In this document: positions 37,829-51,064 of the stretch, one piece after another
How positions within the stretch are numbered: position 1 is the first letter of the stretch
Layout: each line of letters starts with the position of its first letter
Origin: Squalus acanthias
Lineage: Eukaryota
Direction: 5' to 3'
Length of the DNA: 64,000 bases
NCBI GenBank assembly: GCA_030390025.1
Contig: CM059425.1
Location: 171,120,001-171,184,000, forward strand
Notes under the pieces: model-generated
What the model was told of the DNA's origin: nothing
The model's input: only the letters and a program-made list of their open reading frames with translations
Database searches by the model: none
Translations under genes and position numbers: made by a program

Positions 37829-38157
37829 GGGCTGAAATCGCACTGTGTGATATTAGTAACAAATGCATTTGTATGGAATCTCTCTGCCCACTATTTTAAC
37901 TAATGCATTTAAAATAAATGAGTTAACACTTCATTAAATTAGTGGAGAAAGGAATTTCATATGAATGCGTTAATACTGCATAACACAATTTCGGTATAAT
38001 TTTCTGCCTGCTGTTTTAACACGCTGAATAATGCATGTTAAATTTTATTCTGCGCTTTTTTAATATAGTCGTTAACCCATTTAAAACAAAACAGGTTAAT
38101 AACGATATTAAATAGTGCATACAGAAGTTTAATGCACACAGAGGAACGTAAACCCCC
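37829..38157. repeat. Two adjacent decayed inverted repeats (37834-37992 and 38032-38136)
   Basis: Hairpin 1: aatgcatttgtatggaat...ccacta vs reverse complement aacgcattcatatgaaat...ccacta. Hairpin 2: ttaaattttattctgcgctttttaatatagtcgttaacc vs reverse complement ttaaacttctgtatgcactatttaatatcgttattaacc. Bounded by ggg...cccc. Confidence 0.6.
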
Positions 38158-40049
38158 AAGTGTTTTTATATTGTAATGAGGCGTGTGCTATAGTCAATGT
38201 CCCAAAACAACATATAGCGTAACGTGAGAATCTTAGTAACCAAGTCTAGTAGCTTTCTGAATGAAGCTACTGTTATATACAAGGTTTAGAATGAGGGCGG
38301 GGTGCTTTTCTGAAATGAATTTTTCCATGCGAGGTTGAGCCTTTTCAAACACAATTCGCTTTACAACCACACTCAACCTTAGTCCTTGTGACAATAGTTT
38401 CAAGTCATTGGGCATAGAACTAGCCCTACAACGACTGAAGTCACCTGAAGTTAACAGATTTTAATAGGTCTAAAACCAAATGCAACAGAAGTTTGGTAAT
38501 AATGTGTATCACTCGAGTGTGCAACTGTGCGTGAGTTAGTGCAACTTTATTAAAGGTACCAAGTCACTGCCAGAATATTTTTTAAATTGTCTTCTAGAAC
38601 CTAGGCTTGGGAACGACTTTAAAGCACCTGTACTAATGGATGTTCCAGTCTCTTGGAGAGTTCCTTACTCAAATCATCAAATGGCTTGCGCTCTTTGGCA
38701 GCAGAGTGCCCTTTGATCTGTCCATGTTATTAACATCAATGGCATGACTAACACAGCCGAATCAGACAGGGGCAGATAATTCGGAGTGAAAACCCAGCTT
38801 CCACACAGCATGGAGCTCCGACATAGGAGCTGCATTGCTAGTGTGCGCTGAAATGAATCAGAGTCTATATCCGTTAACCCTCAGGCTGCTGAAGGAGTAT
38901 TTCTACCACTACAAGGCTAAGAAAGGTGACACTTCACATTTTTTTGAGGTGAAGAGAGGAATAAATATAAAGGAAGCTGTGTTCAAGAACTGCATCATTT
39001 GTACTTGTCTGCAATGTTCCTTAAATCTTTTTTAAATGTGGTATAGAATATGTTACTTTGCCTTGGGCCAAGTCAGGTGAATAGGATGCACTCAGTAACA
39101 ATTCCAGGTTCTTTTCCTCTCAAGTGATGTTTAATCAATTTTTCCTCAATATCATCAACAGGCTGCTTGGTTGCTCACAGAATGTTTCATACTATTAATA
39201 GAATATTTTACTTCCAATCACATTGCAACACTTAAAAAATCTATCCTTTTTCTGTCTCCAATATAGAAAGTGTATAAAATATCTGCTTTAGATCAGTCTC
39301 TATTACTGTACCGCTCTTTGGTGTAACAGACATTATTTATAGCTCCCTCTCCAATAGATAGTCTATATGAAACAGCTGCTTTAGAAGTCTATGGCTTCTA
39401 AAGATAGTATCACAATGATGCTTTAGTGCATTTTGCTTGGTATTGGAAAATGAATATCTTGAGGTTACAGAGCAAGAATTTTGTCTCTGGTGAAGGTTTA
39501 AAAAATATTTATGGTCTGAAAATATTAGCATCACATTTGCCCGCTATGACAGTCACATACAAATCAGAATTCAGCACAGCTCCCTGCGACTGCATTTGAT
39601 GGTGCTACTGTATGCGCAGTCACAACCGGGAAAACTTATCTACTTGGCTACTCCTAAACATTTCTTCTTTCTGAAATATTTTTTGCATAATCATAGAAGC
39701 ATGAAAGAGAAGAAATGACAGATAGGAGACTCTGCACGGAAATACAGACTGAGTTTTGTGAGTCGATTGGACGCAGTCCCTCAGTTTGAGATGCACTATT
39801 GGGCAACAGCCAAAATTTAAATGACACGGCAGATTTTTAAAAAAATGTGATTTACTTCGGCACTGCATTTAATTACAGAATAAAAAAGATGTCTATTTTG
39901 GGTAACCGAGTGGCTGCTTCTCTAACAGTGTTTTGTATAATTTTTAAAAATCCCAAAATACAGCTCTTTGTGAAGTTTTGCCATGGTTGAAACCACAGAC
40001 AGGTTGAATTTCCAGATTTAACACAGCCCGATAGATGCGGTTACAGCCT

Positions 40050-40330
40050 GTTTAGAGAGACGACACTTTTTCCAGTCAGGAATTGAGGCTGAATAACTCA
40101 CCTTCTGCAGTGCAGCCTGTTTCAAATCAATTTACAATCAAAAGCTCTTATTAAGATCATCCCAGTTTATTGTCTCACGGTGTTTTCAATTCCCTGCCAA
40201 TATCAATCCCTGTTTCAAATCAGTCGTCTCTGTGGCAAATTACAATGGCACCTGTCAGCGTTTGACGATTGCCATAACAAAAAAACTCTCTTTTTCTTCA
40301 CTGTTGAGCTTACATGATGTCATTTTAAAA
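40050..40330. promoter_or_regulatory. Candidate enhancer/CNE with duplicated 14-mer
   Basis: cctgtttcaaatca at 40116-40129 and 40209-40222; cacctgtca (E-box plus Meis-like); atcaat and acaat motifs. Confidence 0.35.
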
Positions 40331-42113
40331 AAGGCTCTTTTTAATGGTTTATTTTTAGAATTCACATCTTGTTCCAAAATTAAATTGGTGTGAAAAAGCC
40401 CAGTTTTAAAAGATTGGACTCTGTAAAAAAAAAAAATGTTTCTGTCCTCTGCTTTGTAATTTTCCTTTGCTAACAGAGTTTTTTTTTACTTTGTTTAGTA
40501 AAGTCTCGCTTCTCCAATGTGACTGCAGCTATTGCGTAGTTACCGCTTCATTTCTGCATAACCAACGTTAATTATTTCAACAGATTTCTCAATATGCCGC
40601 TCATCAAACGTCTATCATTTTCATCCAATAAAATGAAGGTAGTTACCTCTGTAAACAGCAATTGTTCTTTTAACAATTGAGCTACATAACCTTGTCTTAA
40701 AATGAAAATAAGGAGAACAAGATTGCTAAAGGAACAGGTAACTTGGTACTTTCAGCTTGTTTGACTTGGGCTAACTAACAAACAGGCTTCCTAAACTCTC
40801 AGCCCATCCCCAACATCATCACCATTCTGATATAACAAAAAGGATTAAGCACAAAATAAAGATTGTCATTTGAGTCAATAATGTTTATTAAAACATTAAT
40901 AAATCCTGGGAAATTATTTTTTAATTTTCTATTTGCTTTACTCGGTCTGTGTCTATTTTATCCAGTCTTTTAAGTAGCAATTATTTTCAAATTAGGACAC
41001 CTAGGTGAATGGCTAAGAACCAAGTGGAGAATATCATCAATGAGTAGATCAGAATATGAGGTAAATTACGAAGCAGTGATTATGGGACAGTAAAGCTTGG
41101 GTATTGAAATCGTGTAGACTGGTCACTCCAACCTGTCGAACAAAGCTGGCACCTGAAACATCTATAAATACAACTTTCAACAAAAGAGAAAGCATGTACA
41201 TATTTCATCAGATATTCATTTGAATTAACTAAACTGCACAGGGTAACTTATGGTGCTATAGGTTAAACTGTCATAATGGATCATGGCTGTATTTGCGGTC
41301 TCCGCAATCACAGATCACATTCACGAATGACGCTCTTTAATTTATTCTAGTGTGGTTTTTTTGCTTTTTATTGATGAATTAAGATGCTGGTACATGGAGT
41401 ATAATGTATTAGAGGGAAATAAGCTATATTGCTAATTCAGCATATAAATGTTAATGATATAATATATGGTACTTGGTAATGTTGGCTATACCTTTTGTTG
41501 AACAGCAAGTCTTATTTATCTGAGCTCAAAGTCAAGCTATTTATCTCAGCCATTCAATTAATCTGTTTGAGATAACTGTGCTACCCTCCCATTAGCCTCA
41601 AAATAAGGTCTGTAACAGCACTTTACAAATCTTATTGTGTCATTAATTATAGTCAATAAATCAGAGCCGTATTCTGAATTCTACAGTTATTTGAATGTTT
41701 CAATCAGATATTTGTTAAACAATCACATCCAGCGAATTGTACTTAAGGTTTTTCTACCATACTATTGCTCTGTAGATTGCTATATTTTAAGGATATAGTA
41801 TACTTGCAGGAGGGAATTTTGATTTAGAATCACATTTTTTGGCAGATATATTAAGGTTCTATAATTAGTCTGAATGTAATGAATTAACTATGGATGGATT
41901 TCAGTAGAAGGATAATAAAAGGGAACAGCTTTCAGTGCATCATAATCTTACCTTTTTACAATCAACCTACATTTTTCTCTTTTGGAATTAGCACTTATGA
42001 ATTATTATAACTTTCATTTATATTAATTCTTTGAAAATGGAATGCCTTTTGTATGATCTTTAAAATATGTTCATGTTTGTTCTGAAATATGAAATTTGTA
42101 CAATTTTTAAATC

Positions 42114-42156
42114 AAAATTATAAAGTAAAAATTATAAACTAAAATTATAAAGTAAA
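42114..42156. repeat. Short AT-rich tandem repeat, 3 copies of ~13-14 bp
   Basis: aaaattataaagt aaaaattataaact aaaattataaagt. Confidence 0.8.
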
Positions 42157-42519
42157 TGCAATGAGAGTATTTTCTTACTTACAATATATACTATAAATCA
42201 ACTAAAAATAAATGTAAAAGTAACTGCAAACTTGTCATTTTGACTTAGGTGCCATGCAGTCTTCAATGGTTTATCCCACATGGTGCAGTCTAACACTAAT
42301 TAAGAGATATTTGTAAATTGCTCCCCTCCTTCACAAAATATATAATAATATGCTCTTTTTTGCTGTACTTAGGAATATTGTCGAATGAAACTTGATTTAC
42401 TTGAAATTTGAGAGTTGAAGGCTGTCAGGGCTGAGTATGTTTCCCATTCCGCCACTTGCGTGCACACAGCAAGAATTTATAGCACGAGAAATGTTAACGC
42501 TTCAGTGAGTTGAAATGGC

Positions 42520-42790
42520 AACTCGAGCATCGATCGCGCTGTCTGAAACAAATTTTAAAATGGCTTAATCTGCCCTGATAGATGAATGGTTTTGATTTCC
42601 CATCGCAGAGAAACTTGATTATAAAACATATTTCAAGTCTTTCTCTGCGCGCAGATAATGATTCATTAATCAGTGCTTTCATTAACCCCCGACCGACTCC
42701 CCAAACATACACGGTCCCGTTTTTGAAATGCAAAAGGGAAATGAAAGCACAGAAAGTGACACATTAATGGCAGCAACTGAGATCCTCCTC
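42520..42790. promoter_or_regulatory. Candidate Pbx-Hox enhancer (CNE-like)
   Basis: Three TGATNNATKR matches: TGATAGATGA 42576-42585, TGATTCATTA 42659-42668, and TGATTAATGA (minus) 42663-42672. TGACA near 42758; locally retained CpGs. Confidence 0.45.
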
Positions 42791-45700
42791 CCTAAAACTT
42801 AATTATCGGCTTGTCTGTGGTGGTTGCTAGGCTGTAGTGAATTTTCAGCTGATTGTAATTTTAAAACAGAAGGAAACTGTTTTATGGTCTATTAGGACAC
42901 TTCATACTCTAATCCTCAAAGAACTGGACTAATATTTCTGCACTGCTTCATTGAATAGCATAAGATTGGCTGAAATGAAATATTTTGCATGTTTTACTTC
43001 TCATCATCATTTGTTTAAATCCATGATGATTTTACAAATTACATCTTTTCTAAATTAATAGGAGGCCTACTGTATATGATAAATTAATTTCATTCCTATC
43101 TCAAGAAAAAGAATGGAAGCAAAATCCTGGAAGGATTTTCCTCTGCTAAAGAAAAATATGTTTACTGGAAGCTCATGAAGAAAATTATTAGCAACTGTGT
43201 TGTCCAAAGGAGAAGCCTTGAAGAATCTTCAGCCCTCACTAGTGAATGTAATTATATCTGAACACATACATGTTTAGATTTTTCTTTATTTTCCTCATGA
43301 ATCTATTGAAGTCCGGCAGGTAATTTTCATTGCACTGGCTCCATTCAATTCCAGTGAACAAGATGGTGATGGAAACTAACCCTCCAATTCAGCAACCAAC
43401 AGGCACTTCTTTCCTTGGCTGCTTGCCTTGTGGAGTTGTCCTATCAAACAGTGCTGCAGTGTGGGGTCATAATGGAGATGGTATTGGAAAGGTAGAAGAG
43501 AATGCATCTAATGTTCAAGGTTTAGAATATGTACACATCACGGCATTTCTTGCGGAGATAAAGATGTTTTTTTACTAATGGTTCAGCTATCACCTGGCCG
43601 CTTTGGACACTCTCCAGCACTCGAGACTGCATTTTTATTTTGCCGAGGATTATTGGTGCGTAGCGGTTAAGAGTACGGAATACTGCAGATGCTCTGGGCT
43701 ATAGTTGTGCGATTCCTTCCTGTTCTAGAAACGCCAATTCAAAACGTAGCAGGTGGTTTACATAAGAAAAGATGCTCATTTTGAAACCTGCACAAAAGCA
43801 GCGACTTACTCACTATGAAACCACATCAATAGCAACATTCACAACAAAAAAAGTGTTACTGTTAAACCTTTTTAGGATGCACTCCGATAATAAGCCTCAC
43901 ATTGTACAGGCATTTTCTACAGTGACTAAATAAAGCAACATTCTATTGGATAGCAACTCAGAATTAAATAAGTATCTAATAAGAATGTATTTGTGAGCTT
44001 ATAACCAAAATATGCTTGTATTTATATCCTGATGCAATACTTCTACGACAAGCAATATGGTCGTATTCATGAGCAGTGACGAAATATCCCACTGTCCTGG
44101 TGGAGAAAATGCAGGACAAAGCTTTAATATTCTTCTTATCTATCTATATTAAAAGAAACCGGAATGGAATTTAAAATCCCACATGATGCCAGTCGGACTT
44201 TTTCCAAATCAAACCCTAAATTTAGCCCTCTCCACGCTAATCCAGCGTCAGAGGGCAGTGAATGGCCACCAACCCCACTGCACACACTTTACTAAAATGG
44301 AAATATCTCTATATTAAATTATCTGAGGGCACCATTGCTAAATACAATGAGAAAATATATTTGCACGTCAATCTGGTACTCCTGCTTCAAATGCTCATCT
44401 CCGTAAAGTGGAATACACCAAGGAGAAATCATTTCTCTCCTTTTGTATTCACGATTTTCAAACACTGCTGGAGAAAAAAGGGAGACATTTTCAGCAATGG
44501 GGAAAGTATTGTGGACTTGCATAAGAGACGTGCTTTCTCTTGCCTTCTTTACCTTCTCCAATTTGTAACAGTTAATTATAATCTATGGGGTTCTATACAG
44601 GGTTTTTACTTTCTAATGTAGCGCAGGTTTGGAACACAATTAAATCCTGATAAGCTGAGTTCCCTGTGTGCCAATAGATAGAAAAGCAAACTAATTTAAC
44701 CATTTTATTTATATCTGTTGATCTTTTATAAATTCCTGTTAAACAAATAAATATTCATTAATGATTATTTTTTTATGGAATCTTACTGCGGTATTAGATC
44801 AGTCCTGCACAAAACACAGCAGAAAAAAAATCATAAAAATTGGTTATGCTCTCTCAAATTTAAAACAGTCTCATTGTAAGACGCTGCAGTATTTTGTCTT
44901 TCTTTTAAACAAAACGTGTCACCATTTAGGTGTGAATTTGTTTGAAATGAATATATTCTTGATTATACAATTTTTTTCCCCACCCCCCCCCCCAAACCCA
45001 AAATGGCACTGGACTACACAAAGAAACGAAAAATGAATTACTGGTCTCATAGCGTTTTGTGCCCTGCAGCATTGGGACAGCCGCTACTGGAACCATCGCC
45101 TCCCCAGTACAGATGGTTTGTAACTATGAACCAATACCTTCTGATCTGACTGCCATCCAGTCGTTGTTAAGTGTCAGGTCCTGTTATATTTAGATGGCCC
45201 CCTTTCTCTGCTTCTAGCTGTGCATGTACAGGGCTTATACACGCAAACCAGTGATTACTGTACCCACACATCACTGCAGCGCAATGCCAGCTGACTGACT
45301 TGCTGCCTCACTGCACATTCGCATCACATTACTTCTGCTATTCTAACTCTTCCAGTTCTGAGCACCATCAATTATGCAAAAGAATAACAGAGCCATGGCT
45401 TTGAGATGTAACATAAAGGACGATTATGACTGTAAATAATTTAGACACCTGCGTGCCATGCTCCTTTTACCAGTGATACTAGCCCAGTGCAAGTAATGTA
45501 CCGACAGGGCAGGTTCCTCCTCCTAATGTACTGACAACTCCCCGTTTACTTTAAAGTCGGCAGAAAGTTACTGCATTATTCAGCCAGCGGTCTCTTGTCA
45601 CTGCTGAATTTCAGGATACTCTTTTCCCATCTCTTCCCTATCCTAAGTTCAGAGGCACAAATGCAAATGAAGATTGGTCCAAAATGTTTGTTTTTTTTAA

Positions 45701-46523
45701 AAGTCAAACATAAAGATGGTCTTTGTGACATCTATAGTGACTTGTCAAAACTATCTCAGCACCTTTCTTTGTTAAGGGCAAAAAATAAATCTCGTGCCCA
45801 CTGCGCAAGGCCCTCAAGTCTCCCCAGGCTTCTGAAACGCAGCTGCAGTCACGTCACTGAAGCTAATGGGAAGCTTGCGTGTTACCGATCAGCTCTCGGA
45901 TTTTTTTTTATCCAGGGCTGGGATCACTCCATGTAGTTACAACATTTTAATATCAGTATTTCTCACGCTATCTCAAATCAGTCAGCTTCTAAAACTACCA
46001 AAACTTTAATCCGTACAGCATCCCTTTAAAAGTTAGTGTAAGAAGGGATACATTTGTAAGAATGTTTCAAATTTACAAATAACAGATTAACAGTGTCCGA
46101 ATATTATCAATCCTGTCGTAAAATCACCATTTCGGTTTTAAGCACTCAAAATAACATTAGCGATCACCTTCCTCTCTATTTGACGAGAACAAAGTTTGTT
46201 CAAATGTCCTACAGAGAATCCCATTATATATGAATTTATATTCTGCTCCTATTTTCATCCCAGTTTAACAGAAAAACTCCAATATACAGATGATCCTCTG
46301 TTGTGGGACACACACAAAAATGACAGTTTCGAGGTCCTTTAATAGATGACCAGTCACTTGCTTCATGGTTGCATATCAAAAGGAAAGTAAAACCACCATA
46401 AACAATGAGAATTATGTCAGATTTTAAACAGCAATAACTCATTTTTCAAAGGGTTTTAGAAAATGAAAAAAGCTCAAGTGCACGCATTCTATTTTTCCAT
46501 CTAATAGTCAGTAGAGATAAAAA

Positions 46524-46700
46524 GAAAAACAGATAATTCTGGAAATATACTGCAGATCCATCAGCATTTGTAAAGAGAAATGATCGATTAATGTTTAGGA
46601 TGTAGACCCATCATTGGAACTAGCATTCTGTTAAAGGTCTACACCCAAACATTAACCTATCTTTTCTCTTTACAGTTGCTGACATTTTCTGCCTTTACTT
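46524..46700. mobile_element. Inverted pair of Penelope-like terminal repeats, old and decayed
   Basis: Arms 46561-46619 and 46626-46682 are mutual reverse complements (tcagca.tgtaaagagaaa...ttaatgttt.g..tgtagacc). The right arm resembles 24288-24427 with the hammerhead core eroded. Confidence 0.7.
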
Positions 46701-48978
46701 TGGCCCAAGCGGTAGTGTCTTGGCAGAGAATGATGATTTTATCTGCAATTGAATAGATTTCAAAGACTATTTTCGATTACCTCAATCACAATTCAATCAC
46801 TATATGGAAAAATGTTGTACCTGTGGAAAACATGGAAAATGCACAGCGGTGGGAGCATTTCCCAATACAGACTGTGTCCAAAGGATTTAAAACAGCTTCA
46901 TGAACACAACGTGATTTTTTCTTCCACTCGGCTGTCATTGTACAGACAGAAATAAAATCTAGACAATAGAAAAGGTGCAATATTCCAAAAAAGTCATTGT
47001 GAATTTGATTTTTTTAAGTTATTAAAGGAAGGTGAACAATACACAAACAAGAAAAAGTATGTTTTATACAAAATACAGGGTGCAAAATATTATTGTCTAA
47101 ACATAGGAAGTACAATTTCCTCAAAAGCTCCTTTCATGTGCGTGTGAAATTTGCATGCCTTGCTTTACCACTAGTGCACAAGCATCTTTTAATTTTTCAT
47201 TGGCCACAAAATACAGAGCGTGCCGAAATTCAATACAAGGAAATGCGTTATCTCTTCCTTCACAGACTAATAATCCGACACAACTCAAACCCAAACCAAA
47301 TACAAGTCACGGCAAGTTTTTAGGAAATGACGCACATAGGTGGCCAATCTTAAACAATTTTTAAAATACATGTTTTTTAAAATAGTTCCCTACACACAGC
47401 AATCCTTTACAACGAAGCAACAGCAGCTTCGAGGAGGTACAAGTATTTACTCGACCAGGCTCTGAAGAGACAGGAAATAAATAATATTCCCTTAGGCCTT
47501 TAACCTAAACTAAAATGACCTCAAACCTTATAAACAGGCCAGTGAAGCATTGCACTGCTCAGCCTTTAATGTAAGTACATGCAGGATAACCAAGAGTCTG
47601 TACTGTGTAAATTTCCAACTAACATTAACAAACATATAAACAGGGAACCCAACCCTGCACTGCTTTGGATAGAGGTTTTATTGGCAATTAAACAAAAGTT
47701 CTGTTTGTCAAGGACTGGAGCTGTCAGCGGTCAGATGTATGGTTTATTATGCACATATGACCTGATTGTATATTCATGTCTCCAGAACAGTACCTCCATA
47801 GCCAGATGACGTATTCAAGCAGGGAAAGTAATCAGTGTTTAAATCATCACTAAATCACTGCACAAATTTTCTCCAAACACTATCTAATGTTTCCTCAGAT
47901 GCTAAACATTATTTAACAAATTATCTAAAAAGGAATGAGTCCTTTAAATGAATGACAACAAGGAACAATTTCCTTTTAAATTAATATCAGTGCGTTCATT
48001 TTGATTGGCTTGGTCAAGACGTCACAATTTTCCTTCTGGTCTAAACACACCATTATATGCAGCAATGCAGCACAAGGTTCGGAGAAATCTTCAATCTAGA
48101 CTTTTCACTGGAAGGACTTCTCATTGAATATTTTCTTCCAGAAGCAGTGGTGAAATTCTACATGTTCATATTGCTGCTGGTGGCACAATACAGACAAGCC
48201 GCAGTACTGACGGACTTTAAATTCCAGCTTTTCAAGGGAACGTGAACTAAAGTTTCCCACAGACATGACATCGACTTTAAGATTTAACAAAATCAATTAC
48301 ATTGTTCAAAAGATTACATTCTAATCAAAACAGTAGGTTGGCTAGCACATCTTGGAATGCTTAAAAAGAATCTTCAGATCCAAATCACTCAATAGACTGA
48401 CTAACTGACTACTGATAACCTAAAACCCACTATTTTACTATTTCTACTAATTAGAGGAACTAAATAAGGTACCAGTTTCAGATCAATATCTGTAGAGTTT
48501 GATGAGGAGCCATCAGACACGGATTACACTATCGGTTGTACTTTGCACCAACCTCAGCCACAAATACACACAAGGAGACTTCGGCTCCTGGTGGGAGCAT
48601 GAGCTATCTGTTAACATTAAAATGATTCAAACGCAAATTTTCCAAGTACCTGGGGCATACAATGGACAGCCTGGACACTTTGTAAAACTCGGCTTTGCAC
48701 TCGGTTGGAGCTAATGCTACCTTAATGCTGAGGAGCAATTCATGGTCTCACATATCTTGACTTCAGTGAGCTTGGGATCAAATTGTAAATCTGAATCTGG
48801 AATTAATTTTGCACCAGTACAATTCTGAAACCACTTCACATCGGTGTGATTGTGGTGTAATAGCCATTACTGCACCTGCAGCGTGATGATACAATCACAA
48901 CTGTATCTATACACTGTGACAATACAATCTATCACTTCTGCACCTACATAGTGTAACGATAACAATCTAGCACTATTG

Positions 48979-49442
48979 TCAGCCGTGGCTCAGTTGGTAG
49001 CACTCTCGCCTCCGAGTCAGAAAGTTGTGGGTTCAAGTCCCACTCCAGAGACTTGAACACATTATCTAGGCTGACACTCCAGGGCAGTGCTGAGGGAGTG
49101 CTGCATTGTCAGAGGTTCTGTCCTTCAGACGAGAAATTAAACCAAGGCCCTGTCTGCCCTCTTAGGTGGACGTAAAAGATCCTGTCGCACTATCTGAAGA
49201 AGAGCAGGGGAGTTCTCTTGGTGCCCGAGCCAATATTTATCCCTCAATCAAAACCATCATAACACAGATTATCTGGCCATTTATCTCATTGCTGTTTGTC
49301 GGACCTTACTGTGCACAAGTTGGCTGCTGTATTCCCCTACATTACAACAGTCACTACAATTAACAAGTACTTCGTTGGCTGTGAAGCGCTTCGGGACATC
49401 CCGAGGTCATGAAAGGTGCAATCTAAACGCAAGTTTTTTTCT
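48979..49442 (+). mobile_element. Deu-domain SINE (SacSINE1-like), full length
   Basis: tcagccgtggctcagttggtagca (A-box), ggttcaagtccc (B-box), gacgtaaaagatcc Deu core, tail gaagcgcttcgggacatcc...gcaagttttttt; possible TSD tattg at 48974-48978 and 49443-49447. Confidence 0.92.
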
Positions 49443-49463
49443 TATTGCATCTACATAGTGTGA

Positions 49464-50162
49464 CAATACGATCTATCACTGATGCACCGACACAGTCTGA
49501 TATTACGATCTATCACTGATGCACCGACACAGTCTGATATTCCGATTTATCACTGATGCACCGACACAGTCTGATATTACGATCCATCACTGATGCACCG
49601 ACACAGTCTGATATTACGATCCATCACTGATGCACTGACACAGTCTGATATTACGATCCATCACTGATGCACTGACACAGTCTGATATTACGATCTATCA
49701 CTGATGCACCGACACAGTCTGATATTACGATCCATCACTGATGCACCGACACAGTCTGATATTACAATCCATCACTGATGCACCTACACAGTCTGATATT
49801 ACGATCTATCACTGATGCACCGACACAGTCTGATATTACGATCCATCACTGATGCACCTACACAGTCTGATATTACGATCCATCACTGATGCACCTACAC
49901 AGTCTGATATTACGATCTATCACTGATGCACCGACACAGTCTGATATTACGATCTATCACTGATGCACCGACACAGTCTGATATTACGATCTATCACTGA
50001 TGCACCGACACAGTCTGATATTACGATCCATCACTGATGCACCGACACAGTCTGATATTACGATCTATCACTGATGCACCGACACAGTCTGATATTACGA
50101 TCCATCACTGATGCACCGACACAGTCTGATATTACGATCTATCACTGATGCACCTACACAGT
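49464..50162. repeat. Minisatellite, 37-bp unit, ~19 copies
   Basis: Unit tattacgatc(t/c)atcactgatgcac(cg/tg/ct)acacagtctga; exact 37-bp period (49501, 49538, ... 50130); no spacers. Confidence 0.97.
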
Positions 50163-51025
50163 GAGGATATGATATATGCCTACAGTAACTGTACAGTATG
50201 CTAAGTTATATGTGTGCTCTATAACTTGTGTACCTACATACTGTCAAGATATAATCTATAACTGCTGTATCTACACAGGGTGAAGATGTGTTCTATAACT
50301 GCTGACAACTGTGACTTGTTCAACCCATAAGCATATGGTTGGATGAAACGCTTCTGACTCCCAGCTGCCATCACCTCTACAGCACTGAGTCCAGCTCTTC
50401 ACACAGCACCAGAACAAGCACTCCAGCTTATTAATCCTCTGAGGGCTCGAGGACTTTTCAAGCTTCTGTGAAGAAAATGTGGTTTGTATCGTCTGTCTGT
50501 TAATAAAGAATGTGATAAAGACAAAGCACAGAACACACAAAAGGTGAGTACTTTTGGATTGAAAAGGAACATTTGGAGCTTTGGCCTTAACTAGATGTGG
50601 GGCAAAAAAGAACACAAAAAAATAAAATCCTATTGCTCTTCTGACCCAGTTAGAAATCTTCATGGATATTAAGCAGCAGCTTACATGAATAAAAATCTCC
50701 AGCTGCTACCGTTTATGAACTGGAGTGGACAAAGGGGGAAAATGAAGGCTAAAGGGGTAGGTTATTCAAATAGACTTCACTGACAGCAAGTCAGCAGCTA
50801 AGTCCCCAGTAACCAGCTCAGCCTTTCCTGCCTTTCCCATGGTATTTTTCACCCAAAAAAAAGCAAACTAATTCCTTCTTTCATTGTTTCTCAAGCCTCG
50901 TCAGCACATGATTGAACAGGGAGGGGGCAGACTAATACCCGAGGTAAAACCTGAGAATGTGTTGACATCTTAGAAAAACAAGGGCTAGCTATTCTCTGAA
51001 GTCCGATCCACTTCTCCCCCCGCCG

Positions 51026-51064
51026 CACACACAACACACACACACACATACAGACAGACAGACA
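51026..51064. repeat. Compound (CA)n/(CAGA)n microsatellite
   Basis: cacacacaacacacacacacacatacagacagacagaca. Confidence 0.85.

Noticed and set aside
48979-49050. tRNA gene (A and B boxes; also at 4758 and 14427)
   Set aside because: These are SINE heads that run directly into the Deu domain, with no complete acceptor stem or adjacent pol III terminator.
49464-50162. CRISPR array (37-bp repeats)
   Set aside because: Units are head-to-tail with no unique spacers, there are no cas genes, and the context is vertebrate. The unit has ctgatg but no CUGANGA/GAAA, so it is not a ribozyme array either.
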